The notes: generated from the letters alone by a model not told the origin. Counted from the first letter of the stretch, positions 47,058-57,194 are shown. The stretch is 64,000 bases of DNA from an uncultured archaeon (GCA_964619365.1 CAZUDQ010000001.1:50929-114928); one strand, 5' to 3'. Program-made: numbers and translations.

Positions 47058-47879
47058 GTGGTTAATTTGGCATTTGATATCTTAGGGGACATTGCAATAG
47101 TTGAAGATTGTGTAGGTGCAAAGGACATTCTTGCAAAGCACAACAACATTAATGTTGTCCTTATGAAAAAAAGCGAGGTTGAGGGTACTTATCGCATAAG
47201 GGATTATGAGATTCTCAAAACGCGCGAAGGGGAAAGAGACTTCTCAGACGTCCCAGCGCTCCTTAGACCTAAGAAGCTGACAAAGACTGTACACAAAGAA
47301 AACGGCTGCCGTTTACTTGTTGACCCGACTGAAGCCTATTTCTCAACAAGACTTTCAACCGAAAGAGACCGTATAAGCAAACTTGTTAAAGATGGGGAAA
47401 GCGTACTTGTCATGTTTGCAGGTGTCGGCCCATATCCAATTAATATAGCTAAAAACACCAAGGCTGGAACCATCCTTGGTGTGGAACTAAACCCTAATGC
47501 AGTTCTTCTTTTTGAAGATAATATCGAACTAAACAAGCTCAGAGGACAGGTTAAGGCTTATGAAGGCGATGTAAGGGATATCGTGCCAAAGCTTGAGGGG
47601 ACGTTTGACAGGATTATCATGCCACTTCCAAAAGATGCTGAAACCTTTCTTTATCTTGCCAAAAAGAAAATCAGGAGTGGGGGGACTATCCATCTTTATA
47701 AGATTTGTCATGAAAACGATCTTCCTGAATTTTTAAAGGATGTAAAAAAGACGATTCCCAGGTCTGATATCACGGTCATAAAAGCAGGAGAATACGCACC
47801 CGGAGCCTTTAGATACTGCCTTGATATAACAACCGATGCCCGCGCACCGCGAAAGAAAACAGACCCGTTTAAGGACTAA
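47058..47879 (+). CDS. Trm5/Met-10+ family tRNA methyltransferase
   Basis: FDILGDIAI, HKENGC...VD....YFS.RL.TER.R, MFAGVGPY, ELNP.A, DRIIMPLP. Confidence 0.9.
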   Translation: MVNLAFDILGDIAIVEDCVGAKDILAKHNNINVVLMKKSEVEGTYRIRDYEILKTREGERDFSDVPALLRPKKLTKTVHKENGCRLLVDPTEAYFSTRLSTERDRISKLVKDGESVLVMFAGVGPYPINIAKNTKAGTILGVELNPNAVLLFEDNIELNKLRGQVKAYEGDVRDIVPKLEGTFDRIIMPLPKDAETFLYLAKKKIRSGGTIHLYKICHENDLPEFLKDVKKTIPRSDITVIKAGEYAPGAFRYCLDITTDARAPRKKTDPFKD

Positions 47880-47916
47880 ACAGGTTTTTTACCCACAAAT
47901 ATAAAATTAGAGAAAA

Positions 47917-48534
47917 ATGGCTAGGGCACAAAAGCGCAAGGTTAGGACTGTTGAAAAACAAAAAGACTCATCCAAAGGAAATAAAGATTTGTGGTTAAAG
48001 GTTGGGATGCTAATTTTGGTCGTTCTCCTTGTGAGTGGTTGGGGTTTTGCCTCTTTTTGGGGTATGGGCCAGCAGGAAAAGGCATATGAAAACGCTGAGG
48101 AGAAAGAAAAGGCCCTTCAGGAAGCTGCGCGCTCTTTTGGAATAGGTAATTTCAGCGGAGAATCTGAAGCAATTCCTGAAAAAGAAACAGGATATTACGC
48201 AATATATGGCCAGCTTAGCGCCCCGCAAGATACAGCTACTCGCCTTAAAGGTGATTTGTATCTTCTAGACGGCGGCATAACTCAGCTAATAATAGTAGAT
48301 TCCTCTCCTGAAAAAGGGAATTCCAACCTCGGAGAGTATATTGTTTATAGTATAAAGGAATGTGGGGATTTTGATTGTCTTGTAAAAGATAATACCAGCA
48401 CAAATGCGATATTCGACCTCTACGAACTTGACTTAGCGTCAAATAAGCTCTCGGCAAATACCATTGGAATCTTCCGTGAAGCTATTATACCCGAGGAGCC
48501 AGTTAACGGCAATAACACAAACATGAGTGCTTAA
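47917..48534 (+). CDS. Hypothetical single-TM exported protein
   Basis: Basic N-terminus, one TM helix, soluble C-terminal domain. Confidence 0.65.
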   Translation: MARAQKRKVRTVEKQKDSSKGNKDLWLKVGMLILVVLLVSGWGFASFWGMGQQEKAYENAEEKEKALQEAARSFGIGNFSGESEAIPEKETGYYAIYGQLSAPQDTATRLKGDLYLLDGGITQLIIVDSSPEKGNSNLGEYIVYSIKECGDFDCLVKDNTSTNAIFDLYELDLASNKLSANTIGIFREAIIPEEPVNGNNTNMSA

Positions 48535-48541
48535 AAAACCA

Positions 48542-49543
48542 ATGGATAAAGAATTAATCCTGAGGAATACTCTAGAAGTCATTGAACCTGGTGAACTTGA
48601 TGAACTCATCAAGTCAGGCAAGGCAAAGGCGTATTGCGGCTATGAGACAAGTGGCGCAGTTCATATCGGGACTATGGTTACTGTCCAAAAGCTAATTGAA
48701 TTCCAAGAAGCCGGGCTTGAGATATGCGTTCTTTTTGCTGACCTTCACACTCTAATGAACAGAAAAGGCGACCCGGAATGGGTAGCTCGGATGTGTGAGT
48801 ATTGGAAACATTCATTTATCGCCTTGGGGCTTGACCCAAAAAAGACCCAATTCATCAAGGGAAGCGAGTTTCAGCTGAAGCCAGAATATTTTAAGGATAT
48901 TCTTGATATGGCAACAGGAATTACAGTAAACCGGGCAACACGCGCAATGCAGCAAGTAGCGCGCGACCTTGAGAACGCGCACGTCTCCCAGATAATGTAC
49001 CCGATTCTTCAGGCGGCAGACATAAAGCATCTGGGCGCAGATATCTGCTATGGGGGTATCGAACAGCGAAAGATTCATATGCTTGCACGCGAGGAGCTTG
49101 AAAAGATAGGCTACAAAAAGCCTGTCTGCATCCATACTCCACTCATTGTTTCATTAGGCGGTCCAGAGTCAAAGATGAGTTCATCCATGCCAGAATCAAT
49201 AATCTCTGTGCATGATGACCCAGAATCAATCAAAAAGAAGATAACAAAGGCGTATTGTCCAGCAGGAAGCGCGGAGAATAATCCTATACTTGACGTCTTT
49301 AAGTTTTTCATATTTCCACGCTTTGGAAAGGTCCTAATAGAGCGCCCGGAGAAATTTGGCGGGAACCTTGAATTCACTTCATATGAAGAATTAGAAAAGG
49401 CATTCCTAAAAGGCCTTCACCCAATGGATGTTAAAAACACTTGCGCCACGGGATTAATAGAATATCTCGCCCCGGTGCGTGAGTATTTCTCCACAAGAAC
49501 TGAGCTCTTGGCTCCACTTGAAGAAAAGTACGGGAAGAATTAG
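48542..49543 (+). CDS. tyrS: Tyrosine--tRNA ligase
   Basis: YCGYETSG.VHIG, ADLH, YP.LQAADI, GG.EQRKIH, KMSSS, LHPMDVK. Confidence 0.96.
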   Translation: MDKELILRNTLEVIEPGELDELIKSGKAKAYCGYETSGAVHIGTMVTVQKLIEFQEAGLEICVLFADLHTLMNRKGDPEWVARMCEYWKHSFIALGLDPKKTQFIKGSEFQLKPEYFKDILDMATGITVNRATRAMQQVARDLENAHVSQIMYPILQAADIKHLGADICYGGIEQRKIHMLAREELEKIGYKKPVCIHTPLIVSLGGPESKMSSSMPESIISVHDDPESIKKKITKAYCPAGSAENNPILDVFKFFIFPRFGKVLIERPEKFGGNLEFTSYEELEKAFLKGLHPMDVKNTCATGLIEYLAPVREYFSTRTELLAPLEEKYGKN

Positions 49544-50448
49544 TTTTTGCACACTTCACCCAAGCAGACGCCTTTAAAGTTGCATCTTTTGCAATGGGAG
49601 GCTTCGTTTTTAGGAAAATCTTCAATCCTTGCAATATTTTTCTTTTCATCAAAAAGAGAGGATTTCATAGCAGTTATACTTTCTTTTAATTTGTCTTCTG
49701 CGGCTTTGATGTCTTCTTCTGTTATCTTGGCTTCAAAAGATTTTCCAGTCAAAAGGTTCTTTTCAGTTGCAATAATCGGGGCTTTAGCATGCCATTTTTT
49801 CTGCGCATAACTTGCATATAGCGGCAACTGTATATTGTCTTCTTCTATCTCGCTTCGTCCCGTCTTCCAGTCATAGACATGAACTGAGTCTCCCACCCAG
49901 TGGGCAAAATCCATCTTTATGAATACTTGCGTCCCATCAAAATCAAAGGATTGTAGTTCCTCGATTGGGAGCCACGCGTCCTTATCGCTTTCCCGGAGCG
50001 AGTCTAAAGTCTTTGAGCGAAGGAAATTCTTTATTGCAATCTCCCCGCGGATGGCAAAAGGTTCCATGTCAAAATTTGGAACGCGGTAATATTCTTCAAA
50101 AAGCGCGGGGTGCTTGCTTGGTCGAATCTTATATGCACCGGATTCGGAGTCAGAAATCACACGATTTATCGTGCCTTTGTATGTTGCAAGCATTGATGAA
50201 ATAGGACGCTCCCTTCCGCTTTTTAGTTCTTTTAGAAAGCCTTCTACGCTTCGGTGTACGGCGTCTCCAATTAACATTGGGGCGCTAAGGAGCTTCTTTT
50301 GTATGAAAGTCTCGCGAAGAGCCCTGTCGCAGTTTGGCCCCCACCCACCCCACGAACCGTAATAGTTATAATAGTATTTCCGGGGGCATTCCTTAAACAT
50401 CTTGTGCCTGCTTGCACTCCATGAGAACTCGTTTTTTAAGGCCTGCAT
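49540..50448 (-). CDS. PD-(D/E)XK nuclease, RecB/AddB/Cas4-like with split Fe-S cysteines
   Basis: SAS......CPRKYY, G..VH, E...KMD...DWKTG, QL..YA, CKRCNFKGVC. Confidence 0.85.
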   Translation of the reverse strand: MQALKNEFSWSASRHKMFKECPRKYYYNYYGSWGGWGPNCDRALRETFIQKKLLSAPMLIGDAVHRSVEGFLKELKSGRERPISSMLATYKGTINRVISDSESGAYKIRPSKHPALFEEYYRVPNFDMEPFAIRGEIAIKNFLRSKTLDSLRESDKDAWLPIEELQSFDFDGTQVFIKMDFAHWVGDSVHVYDWKTGRSEIEEDNIQLPLYASYAQKKWHAKAPIIATEKNLLTGKSFEAKITEEDIKAAEDKLKESITAMKSSLFDEKKNIARIEDFPKNEASHCKRCNFKGVCLGEVCKN

Positions 50449-50488
50449 CTTTGTTTAAATTGAAGAACGGAGAAAATAAGCATGTAGA

Positions 50489-51445
50489 ATGGCGACGTAT
50501 AAAGAGGCAGGGGTAGATATCGAGGCTGAGGACCTTGCAATAAAGGGTATTTTAAGCACTCTTAAGACTGACCTTTCCGGGCATTTTGCAGGAATAATCG
50601 AATTTGGTGATAATTATCTTTCCATGTGTACTGACGGTGTTGGAAGCAAGATAATCGTGGCCGAAAGCCTTAAGAAATTCGACACTGTTGGAATAGACAT
50701 GGTTGCAATGAATGTCAATGATGTCATCTGCATAGGTGCAAAGCCTATTGCTCTTGTTGATTACTTAGCAGTTGAAAGAGTCGAGCCGGCTCAAGTCAAA
50801 GAGATAATGAAAGGTGTTGCAGAAGGCGCGCGACAATCAGGCTGTCCCGTGATTTCAGGTGAAACAGCAACTCTTCCTGAAGTCATAAATGGTTTTGACC
50901 TCGCAGGAACAGCTCTTGGCGTTGTTAAGAAAACTGATATTATTACAGGCGAGAAGATAAGGGAAGGGGACGTTATAATAGGGATAGAATCATCAGGAAT
51001 ACATTCAAACGGACTAACCCTTGCAAGAAAATCTCTTGACATAAAAAAATGGGGAAAAGAACTTCTAGTCCCAACAAAGATCTATGTAAAAGAAGTCCTA
51101 AATGCGCTTGATAAGAACCGTAAGGATATCCACGGGCTTTCACATATTACGGGAGGGGGCTTAAGGAAACTTGGGCGCATCATACCAAATGGTCTTGCCG
51201 CTGAAATAACTGAGCCCCTGCCAGTTAAGGACATCTTTAAGGCCATTCAGGGTGAAGGTAGTATTGATGACTGGGAGATGCACCGCACGTTTAACATGGG
51301 TATGGGCTTTGCAATAATTGCAAAGGCGGATTCAGAAGAAAAAATCATTGCATCACTTGATTCTAAGGCAAAAGTCGTCGGACATATAAGGAATGCAACG
51401 GGTGACGAAAAAAGCGTCCATGTGCCGCTTAACCTGACTTATTAA
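50489..51445 (+). CDS. purM: Phosphoribosylaminoimidazole synthetase
   Basis: TYKEAGVDI, TDGVGSK, VAMNVND, GETA, SSGIHSNG, HITGGG, TFNMG.G. Confidence 0.96.
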   Translation: MATYKEAGVDIEAEDLAIKGILSTLKTDLSGHFAGIIEFGDNYLSMCTDGVGSKIIVAESLKKFDTVGIDMVAMNVNDVICIGAKPIALVDYLAVERVEPAQVKEIMKGVAEGARQSGCPVISGETATLPEVINGFDLAGTALGVVKKTDIITGEKIREGDVIIGIESSGIHSNGLTLARKSLDIKKWGKELLVPTKIYVKEVLNALDKNRKDIHGLSHITGGGLRKLGRIIPNGLAAEITEPLPVKDIFKAIQGEGSIDDWEMHRTFNMGMGFAIIAKADSEEKIIASLDSKAKVVGHIRNATGDEKSVHVPLNLTY

Positions 51446-51508
51446 TCATCCAAATGCCCTAGATAGACCCGACAGAGAATGGAAATCAAACGATAAGCTT
51501 ATCTAAAA

Positions 51509-51922
51509 ATGAAACCTAGGGCGCACATATGTGAAACTTGTCCACATCGCGGAGCTAAACCAGAAGCGCGCCTGGGAATCTCATGTAAAGGGGATATTGC
51601 CGATGGGACCACGTTTACCAAACATACAAATAAAACAGTCAAAACCAAACCTAAAGATGTAGAAAGCCGTGTACTATATCATAATTGCTCAAGAAGCATA
51701 TGTCCCTCGGGAGAAATGAGAATTATGAGAGTTCTAAGGGATTTGAATGCTGATAAACCACCAAAAACCGACAGAAAAGGTTTTTACGAATTTGTGAACG
51801 GTGGAAAATTACGAAAAATGAATGACAAAGGAGAGCTCTATGTTCGTCTGGGGGATGGATGGACATATATCGGAAGGGTTAATCCAAGTAAAACTGTTAT
51901 TGAGAGGTATAAAACTGATTAA
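51509..51922 (+). CDS. Hypothetical basic Cys-containing protein
   Basis: 137-aa ORF filling the purM-aminotransferase gap; CxxC...C...C...C. Confidence 0.55.
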   Translation: MKPRAHICETCPHRGAKPEARLGISCKGDIADGTTFTKHTNKTVKTKPKDVESRVLYHNCSRSICPSGEMRIMRVLRDLNADKPPKTDRKGFYEFVNGGKLRKMNDKGELYVRLGDGWTYIGRVNPSKTVIERYKTD

Positions 51923-51949
51923 TTTCAAAATAACAAGTATATTTAAAAA

Positions 51950-53020
51950 ATGGACTTCCCAAAACTTTTTACTGTTGGGCCTGTATATGTTAGAGACGAA
52001 GTGCGCGCCGAGATGGGGCAACAAATGTTTTCCCACCGCTCAAAAGAATACGCAACGCTTCATGCAGATGTGCGTGAGAAGGTAAAAAAGCTTCTTTTTA
52101 CAGAAAACGACGTTTTCATTTATACGTCTTCGGCAACGGGAGTCTGGGAATCTGCCGCGCGCAATTGTGTTGAAAAAAAGACTCTTTCATGCGTTCAGGG
52201 AGCATTCTCAAAGAGATTTTCTGAAGTGATTGCTTCAAATGGCAAAGAAGTAGAAACTCTTGAAGTTCCAATGGGGCAGGCTATCCTTCCTGAGGCTCTT
52301 GAGCGCGCTCTTGAAAAGTCAAGTGACGTCGATTCAGTATCAATAGTATATAACGAGACTGCAACAGGGGTCATGAATCCACTCCCCGAACTAATGAAAG
52401 TCTGTAACGACAATGACATCTTAAGCCTTATTGATGTTGTCTCAGCAGTTGGCGGCGCGCCACTTAAAGTCGATAAGCTTGGAATTGATGTTTGTTTGTT
52501 CTCAGTCCAAAAGTGTCTTGCAGTCCCGCCAGGGCTTGCGTGCGCATCAGTCAGTAAGCGTGCTCTTGAGCGCTCTGAAAAGGCAACGGGGAAGGGCTTT
52601 TATTTTGACATGAAAGTTCTTGAGAAATACAACAATAAGGATAACACCCCGTCAACGCCACCCATACCACAGATATTTGCCCTTAGAAAAAGTCTTGATT
52701 TCTTCTTAGAAGAAGGGATTGAGAACGTCTGGGCACGCCATAAAGAGGTTTCAGACTTTGTCAAAAAGCGCTGCATAGAGGACTTTGGCTTCTCGCTTTA
52801 TCCTGATGAGAACTATGCATCTCAAACGCTTTCTTGTATCAGCACAAAAGAAAAAGGTGTAAACGCTAAAGAGCTCCTTTCTAAGATGAAAGAAAAGGGT
52901 TATATTATAGGTTCTGGCTACGGCAATCTAAAGGAAGAGACTTTCCGCGTGGGCAATATGGGCAACGTCTATATGAATGACGTATCCGAGATGCTTGATG
53001 TGATGGAGGAACTACTCTAG
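51950..53020 (+). CDS. Class V aminotransferase (alanine-glyoxylate/serine-pyruvate type)
   Basis: GP, SHRS, NETATG, DVVS, QK.LA.PPG, P.TP, FRVGNMG. Confidence 0.92.
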   Translation: MDFPKLFTVGPVYVRDEVRAEMGQQMFSHRSKEYATLHADVREKVKKLLFTENDVFIYTSSATGVWESAARNCVEKKTLSCVQGAFSKRFSEVIASNGKEVETLEVPMGQAILPEALERALEKSSDVDSVSIVYNETATGVMNPLPELMKVCNDNDILSLIDVVSAVGGAPLKVDKLGIDVCLFSVQKCLAVPPGLACASVSKRALERSEKATGKGFYFDMKVLEKYNNKDNTPSTPPIPQIFALRKSLDFFLEEGIENVWARHKEVSDFVKKRCIEDFGFSLYPDENYASQTLSCISTKEKGVNAKELLSKMKEKGYIIGSGYGNLKEETFRVGNMGNVYMNDVSEMLDVMEELL

Positions 53021-53092
53021 AACCTGAAAAAGCGCTTTTAAACCTTAATCTTCGAATAGGGAAGCAAAAAGAGCTTAAATTTTACATTGAAA

Positions 53093-53848
53093 ATGGCAGG
53101 AAAGACAAAAAAGGGAGATATAGTCAAGGTTTCATATACTGGACGATTTGAAGGGGACCTTATTGAGACAACCGATGCAGACGTCGCAAAAAAGGAAGGT
53201 GCGTTTAATCCAAAGATGCCCTATTCTTCAGTTGTTGTTGTAGTCGGTGAGGGGCACATCCTCCCTGGGCTTGATAATGCCATGATTGAGATGGAATCTG
53301 GTGATAAAAAGTCCTTTAAACTCACCCCAAAAGATGCATTTGGCGAGCGCAGTTTTAAGATGATAAAACTTGTGCCCTCTCGCGAGTTTAAGAAGCAGAA
53401 GGTAAACCCTTTTCCGGGGATGGTTCTTGAGGTTGAGGGTCGCCCTGCAAAGATTCAGTCAGTTTCCGGCGGACGTGTCCGTGTTGATTTCAACCATCCT
53501 CTCGCAGGAAAGGAAGTCGAGTATGAGCTAAAACTAGAGTCTGTTGCAGGAAAAGAGGATGAAAAAGTCTCATTCCTCATTGAACGTGCCTTTAAAAATG
53601 ATGATATCAAGGCGACAATAAGCGGGGCTGGCGAAAAGAAGAAAATCACAATTAGCGTCCCAAAAGAAATCGCAGAAAACCAGCTTTATCAAGTTCTTAC
53701 AACAATCTTTAAATCTGAGGCTGAAAAATTCCTTGGAATAAAAGAGGTTGACTTTGTCGTTACCGGTGAAGAAAAACCAAAGGCAACAAAAGAGACTGCA
53801 ACAAAAGTTAAGGCTCCTGCCACCACTAAAAAGGAAGATAAGGAGTAA
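53093..53848 (+). CDS. Long-type FKBP peptidyl-prolyl isomerase (SlyD-like)
   Basis: GD.V.V.YTG, GLD.A, P.DAFG.R, GGRV.VDFNHPLAGK. Confidence 0.93.
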   Translation: MAGKTKKGDIVKVSYTGRFEGDLIETTDADVAKKEGAFNPKMPYSSVVVVVGEGHILPGLDNAMIEMESGDKKSFKLTPKDAFGERSFKMIKLVPSREFKKQKVNPFPGMVLEVEGRPAKIQSVSGGRVRVDFNHPLAGKEVEYELKLESVAGKEDEKVSFLIERAFKNDDIKATISGAGEKKKITISVPKEIAENQLYQVLTTIFKSEAEKFLGIKEVDFVVTGEEKPKATKETATKVKAPATTKKEDKE

Positions 53849-53873
53849 TACATTTAGTTCCTTGGGAAAAGCT

Positions 53874-55139
53874 ATGGATGTGGGCATCATAACCTATGGC
53901 TGTTCTGCAAACCGTGCCGATTCAGAGAGAATAGCCGGGCTTTTAAGTGCAGCTGGACATAATGTTATTCTAGGTTCAGAAGAACCCGATTTTATCATTC
54001 TGAATTCCTGTATTGTCAAGGGTCCGACAGAAAACAAGATTCTAAGGAAGCTTTCTGACCTTAATGACGCGGACAAAAAAGTAATAATCGCAGGATGCCT
54101 GCCCGGCGCATATCCAAAACTCCTGTCGCGTTTTCCAAATTTTGCTGCGATTGCAACTAACACTGATGATATTCTAGAGGTCTTTGACGCCCTTTTAAAC
54201 GGCAACGTGATCCACATTCTAAGAGAAGAAAGCAAGGCTAAAACTTGCACTCCTTTGCGCCATAACAAACATATCGGTGTTATAAGCATATCCCAAGGCT
54301 GCCTTGGAAACTGCACGTACTGCGCCACCTGTCTTGCAAGGGGAACTTTAAGGTCAAAGAGTCCTGATGAGATAGTGTCGGAAGTAAGGGACGCTGTTGA
54401 ATCCGGGTGCTCTGAAATCTGGCTGACATCTCAGGACAACGGCTGTTATGGGGCTGATATCGGGTCAAACTTGCCAGACTTAATGAATTCTGTTGCAAAT
54501 GTTCCAGGAGATTTTAGGGTACGAATCGGTATGATGAACCCAGCGCATACAAAAAAGATAAAAGATGAGCTGGGAGACGCTTTCAGGAATGAAAAACTCT
54601 ATAAGTTTGCTCATATCCCACTGCAATCTGGTTCGGATAAGGTTCTCTCCGAGATGAGACGTGGTGGAAGTGCATCAGATTTTAAGGGGATAGTAAATCT
54701 CCTTAGAAAAAAGAACCCTGGAATAACTATTGCAACGGACATAATTGTTGGCTATCCGACAGAAACAGAAGATGATTTCCAAAAGACAGTTGACTTAATA
54801 GAAGAGCTTCGCCCGGAAGTAATAAACCTTTCTAAATATTGGCCGCGCAAAGGAACAGACGGCGCTAACTTAAAGCAACTCCCGCGTGATGTGATTTCAT
54901 CCAGGAGTGCAGAATTAGCAAGGATGCATTCGATAATGATTAAGGAGGATAATAAACGGTGGAATGGTAAAATCTGTGAAGTTTTTGTAACTGGAATTAA
55001 AAATAGCTCCCTAGTTGTTGGTAGAAACGAACAATATCGTCCAGTTTTGATTAATAATCGGAATTGTTTAGGTCAAAAAGTCAGTGTAAAAATTGTGGAC
55101 ACAAAATCTCGCGAGCTTATTGGTGAGGTTTTAGATTAA
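53874..55139 (+). CDS. MiaB-like tRNA methylthiotransferase (MtaB type)
   Basis: TYGCSAN..DSE, NSC.VK, GC.GNCTYC radical SAM motif, R.GMMNP, HIPLQSGS, C-terminal TRAM domain; start taken as ATG 53874. Confidence 0.92.
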   Translation: MDVGIITYGCSANRADSERIAGLLSAAGHNVILGSEEPDFIILNSCIVKGPTENKILRKLSDLNDADKKVIIAGCLPGAYPKLLSRFPNFAAIATNTDDILEVFDALLNGNVIHILREESKAKTCTPLRHNKHIGVISISQGCLGNCTYCATCLARGTLRSKSPDEIVSEVRDAVESGCSEIWLTSQDNGCYGADIGSNLPDLMNSVANVPGDFRVRIGMMNPAHTKKIKDELGDAFRNEKLYKFAHIPLQSGSDKVLSEMRRGGSASDFKGIVNLLRKKNPGITIATDIIVGYPTETEDDFQKTVDLIEELRPEVINLSKYWPRKGTDGANLKQLPRDVISSRSAELARMHSIMIKEDNKRWNGKICEVFVTGIKNSSLVVGRNEQYRPVLINNRNCLGQKVSVKIVDTKSRELIGEVLD

Positions 55140-55153
55140 TAAAAAATATTTGC

Positions 55154-56032
55154 TTATATGAAAACAATTTTTGAAATCTCTTTTAAATTGAATAGTATAG
55201 ATGGACCTATTTCCAAAGCGCCTGCAAAACAACCACAATCAGAACAATCAATATTTGTTCCAAAACACCGCCTCGGTTTCCATGAAGAATAGAAATGAAG
55301 AACCTGGTCACCCCAATAACACTTGCCGGCATGATTTGCTTTAGAATACCAGTCAAGCATTGATTTACTAAAAAGTAATTTATCTGGATAGATATCTTTT
55401 ACACGCTTGAATTCATCTATGATTTTCCCTCTGTCGGACTTTGATATTACTAATGGGCTTTTTTCTCCTACTGCATGGGAGTATATGTTACATACAACGC
55501 CTGCAAAACCATTTTCTTTTGCTATTCTCACAACTTCTTCGAGTTCATTGTAATTCTGCTTGGTAATAGTCATATTTATAACAACACGTTTGTCGCCAGA
55601 ATAGTTTTTTATTACTTTTTTGAAAACCCCGTCTCCACGCAGGTCATCGTTTGTTTTCTCGGAGCCGTCCAACGAAACGTATATGCGATTATTAAAATCG
55701 TCCGGAACTTTTATTGTGCCATTGGTTATTATGTATACTAGCGGGAATATTTTGTCTGCAAGCATAAGTAGATCTGGGCGTAATGACGGTTCTCCGCCCA
55801 CTATCAAAACTGAACGTATGCCATTTTTGTATAATTCCTTAAGGCGTTTTTCCCAAACCGCAAGTGGGACTTCGTCGAACTGTAACACTGTCTTATCTGC
55901 AAAATGATAGCAGTGTTTACAGCGAAGATTGCAGTTATTTGTAGCATCAAATTCGGCAAACCATTTAGTTCCAAATAATTTACGTTTTGCTTCTAGATAC
56001 ATCACATAGGGTATTCCTTTGTATGTATCCAT
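55154..56032 (-). CDS. Radical SAM protein with C-terminal Cys cluster
   Basis: CNLRCKHCY, GGEP, TNGT, VSLDG, C...CF...DCSDCGC. Confidence 0.88.
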   Translation of the reverse strand: MDTYKGIPYVMYLEAKRKLFGTKWFAEFDATNNCNLRCKHCYHFADKTVLQFDEVPLAVWEKRLKELYKNGIRSVLIVGGEPSLRPDLLMLADKIFPLVYIITNGTIKVPDDFNNRIYVSLDGSEKTNDDLRGDGVFKKVIKNYSGDKRVVINMTITKQNYNELEEVVRIAKENGFAGVVCNIYSHAVGEKSPLVISKSDRGKIIDEFKRVKDIYPDKLLFSKSMLDWYSKANHAGKCYWGDQVLHFYSSWKPRRCFGTNIDCSDCGCFAGALEIGPSILFNLKEISKIVFI

Positions 56033-56033
56033 T

Positions 56034-57128
56034 CTACCTTAATTTGTATCTAAGAAGTGCCGCAATCCCGCCAAATGCTATCCAAAGTTGGTTTCCTTCC
56101 TCAAACTCATCGGATATTATCTCCCCTCGGACGTCCGATAGTTCGGCTTTTTCAAGTAACGCATCGATTTTTTCATCAGGAAGATTCTGGGATAACATAA
56201 GGACGTCAACTGCGCCAAGATCCATTGCGTTTTCAACTTCTTTTATACCATATGCAACCATTCCTGGCTCCGTTACAAGGTATTTCATAAAGCGCTGGAG
56301 GTACTTTCTGTGTTCTGTTGCCTCAACGTCCTTTATGTCTTCTGTTGCCTGGTTTACAAGTTCGCGCACGCCCGACTCGTCGGTGTAAGTTATATCTTTT
56401 ACTGCAACAATCTTATTTTTGAGTTCATAATGCAAATACGGACCTTCGACAAACTCGTCTTTTGTCCCGGCAGGGCCCCCGATTATGACTCCTGCTATTC
56501 CCTCAATCTGTGGTATAAAGAGATTTTCGGCGTGTAGTGCGACACGTTGTTTGAACCTGTGTGATTCTTCCTGTATCAGGCGCTCAAAACGCCTGTGTGA
56601 CTGACCTCCTGCGCGGTGCTTGCCTGAGTACCCTGAAGTCATTGTATCAAGAATATGGTAACTCCCGCCGCGCAGTATGCCAAGAGTCGCCTGTTTGTTA
56701 TCAATTGCAATTAACGCATATGCGTTTTTTGGCATAAGGAGACGCTCAAGAGGTTCTGTTACAAATGTCTGGTCGCAACGATACATCTTTACGTCAACTG
56801 CTTCAGTGGGTTCTATTGCCCATAGCTCAAGGTCTTGAGTGCCTTCTTTATCAGATATGTTACCACAAAATACTGCCAGACCTTTTTCAGGTGTCTTTGG
56901 GTAAAGCCTTAGATGTTGAATTATCTTTTCAAGTGCGTCGCAAACATTTGTTCGTGTCTGCTTGCTTTTGATGTTGACTGCAGTTCCTTGTTCCTGAGAT
57001 AACTGGTTTGTAATCTGAGTTAACCCTGTTGCAGGCGGTACATATACCGTTATGAGTTCAGTGTGCCTTCCGCGACATTTCTTGAGAGTGTCAAGAACCT
57101 TTCTTATGTGATACCTCTCTTTATTCAT
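56034..57128 (-). CDS. prf1: Peptide chain release factor aRF1
   Basis: GRHTELITVY, NIKS, YRCD, GGQS, FGGIAALLRY. Confidence 0.96.
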   Translation of the reverse strand: MNKERYHIRKVLDTLKKCRGRHTELITVYVPPATGLTQITNQLSQEQGTAVNIKSKQTRTNVCDALEKIIQHLRLYPKTPEKGLAVFCGNISDKEGTQDLELWAIEPTEAVDVKMYRCDQTFVTEPLERLLMPKNAYALIAIDNKQATLGILRGGSYHILDTMTSGYSGKHRAGGQSHRRFERLIQEESHRFKQRVALHAENLFIPQIEGIAGVIIGGPAGTKDEFVEGPYLHYELKNKIVAVKDITYTDESGVRELVNQATEDIKDVEATEHRKYLQRFMKYLVTEPGMVAYGIKEVENAMDLGAVDVLMLSQNLPDEKIDALLEKAELSDVRGEIISDEFEEGNQLWIAFGGIAALLRYKLR

Positions 57129-57194
57129 TTATTCTGATTTGCTTAAGAGCGCTTAGTTTGAGTTAAAAGCTAAAAAAGCTAAGCCTTAGTAAAG

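Noticed and set aside
53748-53873. Extended N-terminus of the methylthiotransferase, or a frameshift fusion with the FKBP gene
   Set aside because: Both genes are complete on their own; the family start motif begins at ATG 53874.
56034-57128. Short aRF1 as a sign of recoding or pseudogenisation
   Set aside because: NIKS, YxCD and GGQ are intact, only the variable domain-3 insertion is missing, and all three stop codons terminate genes normally in this window.
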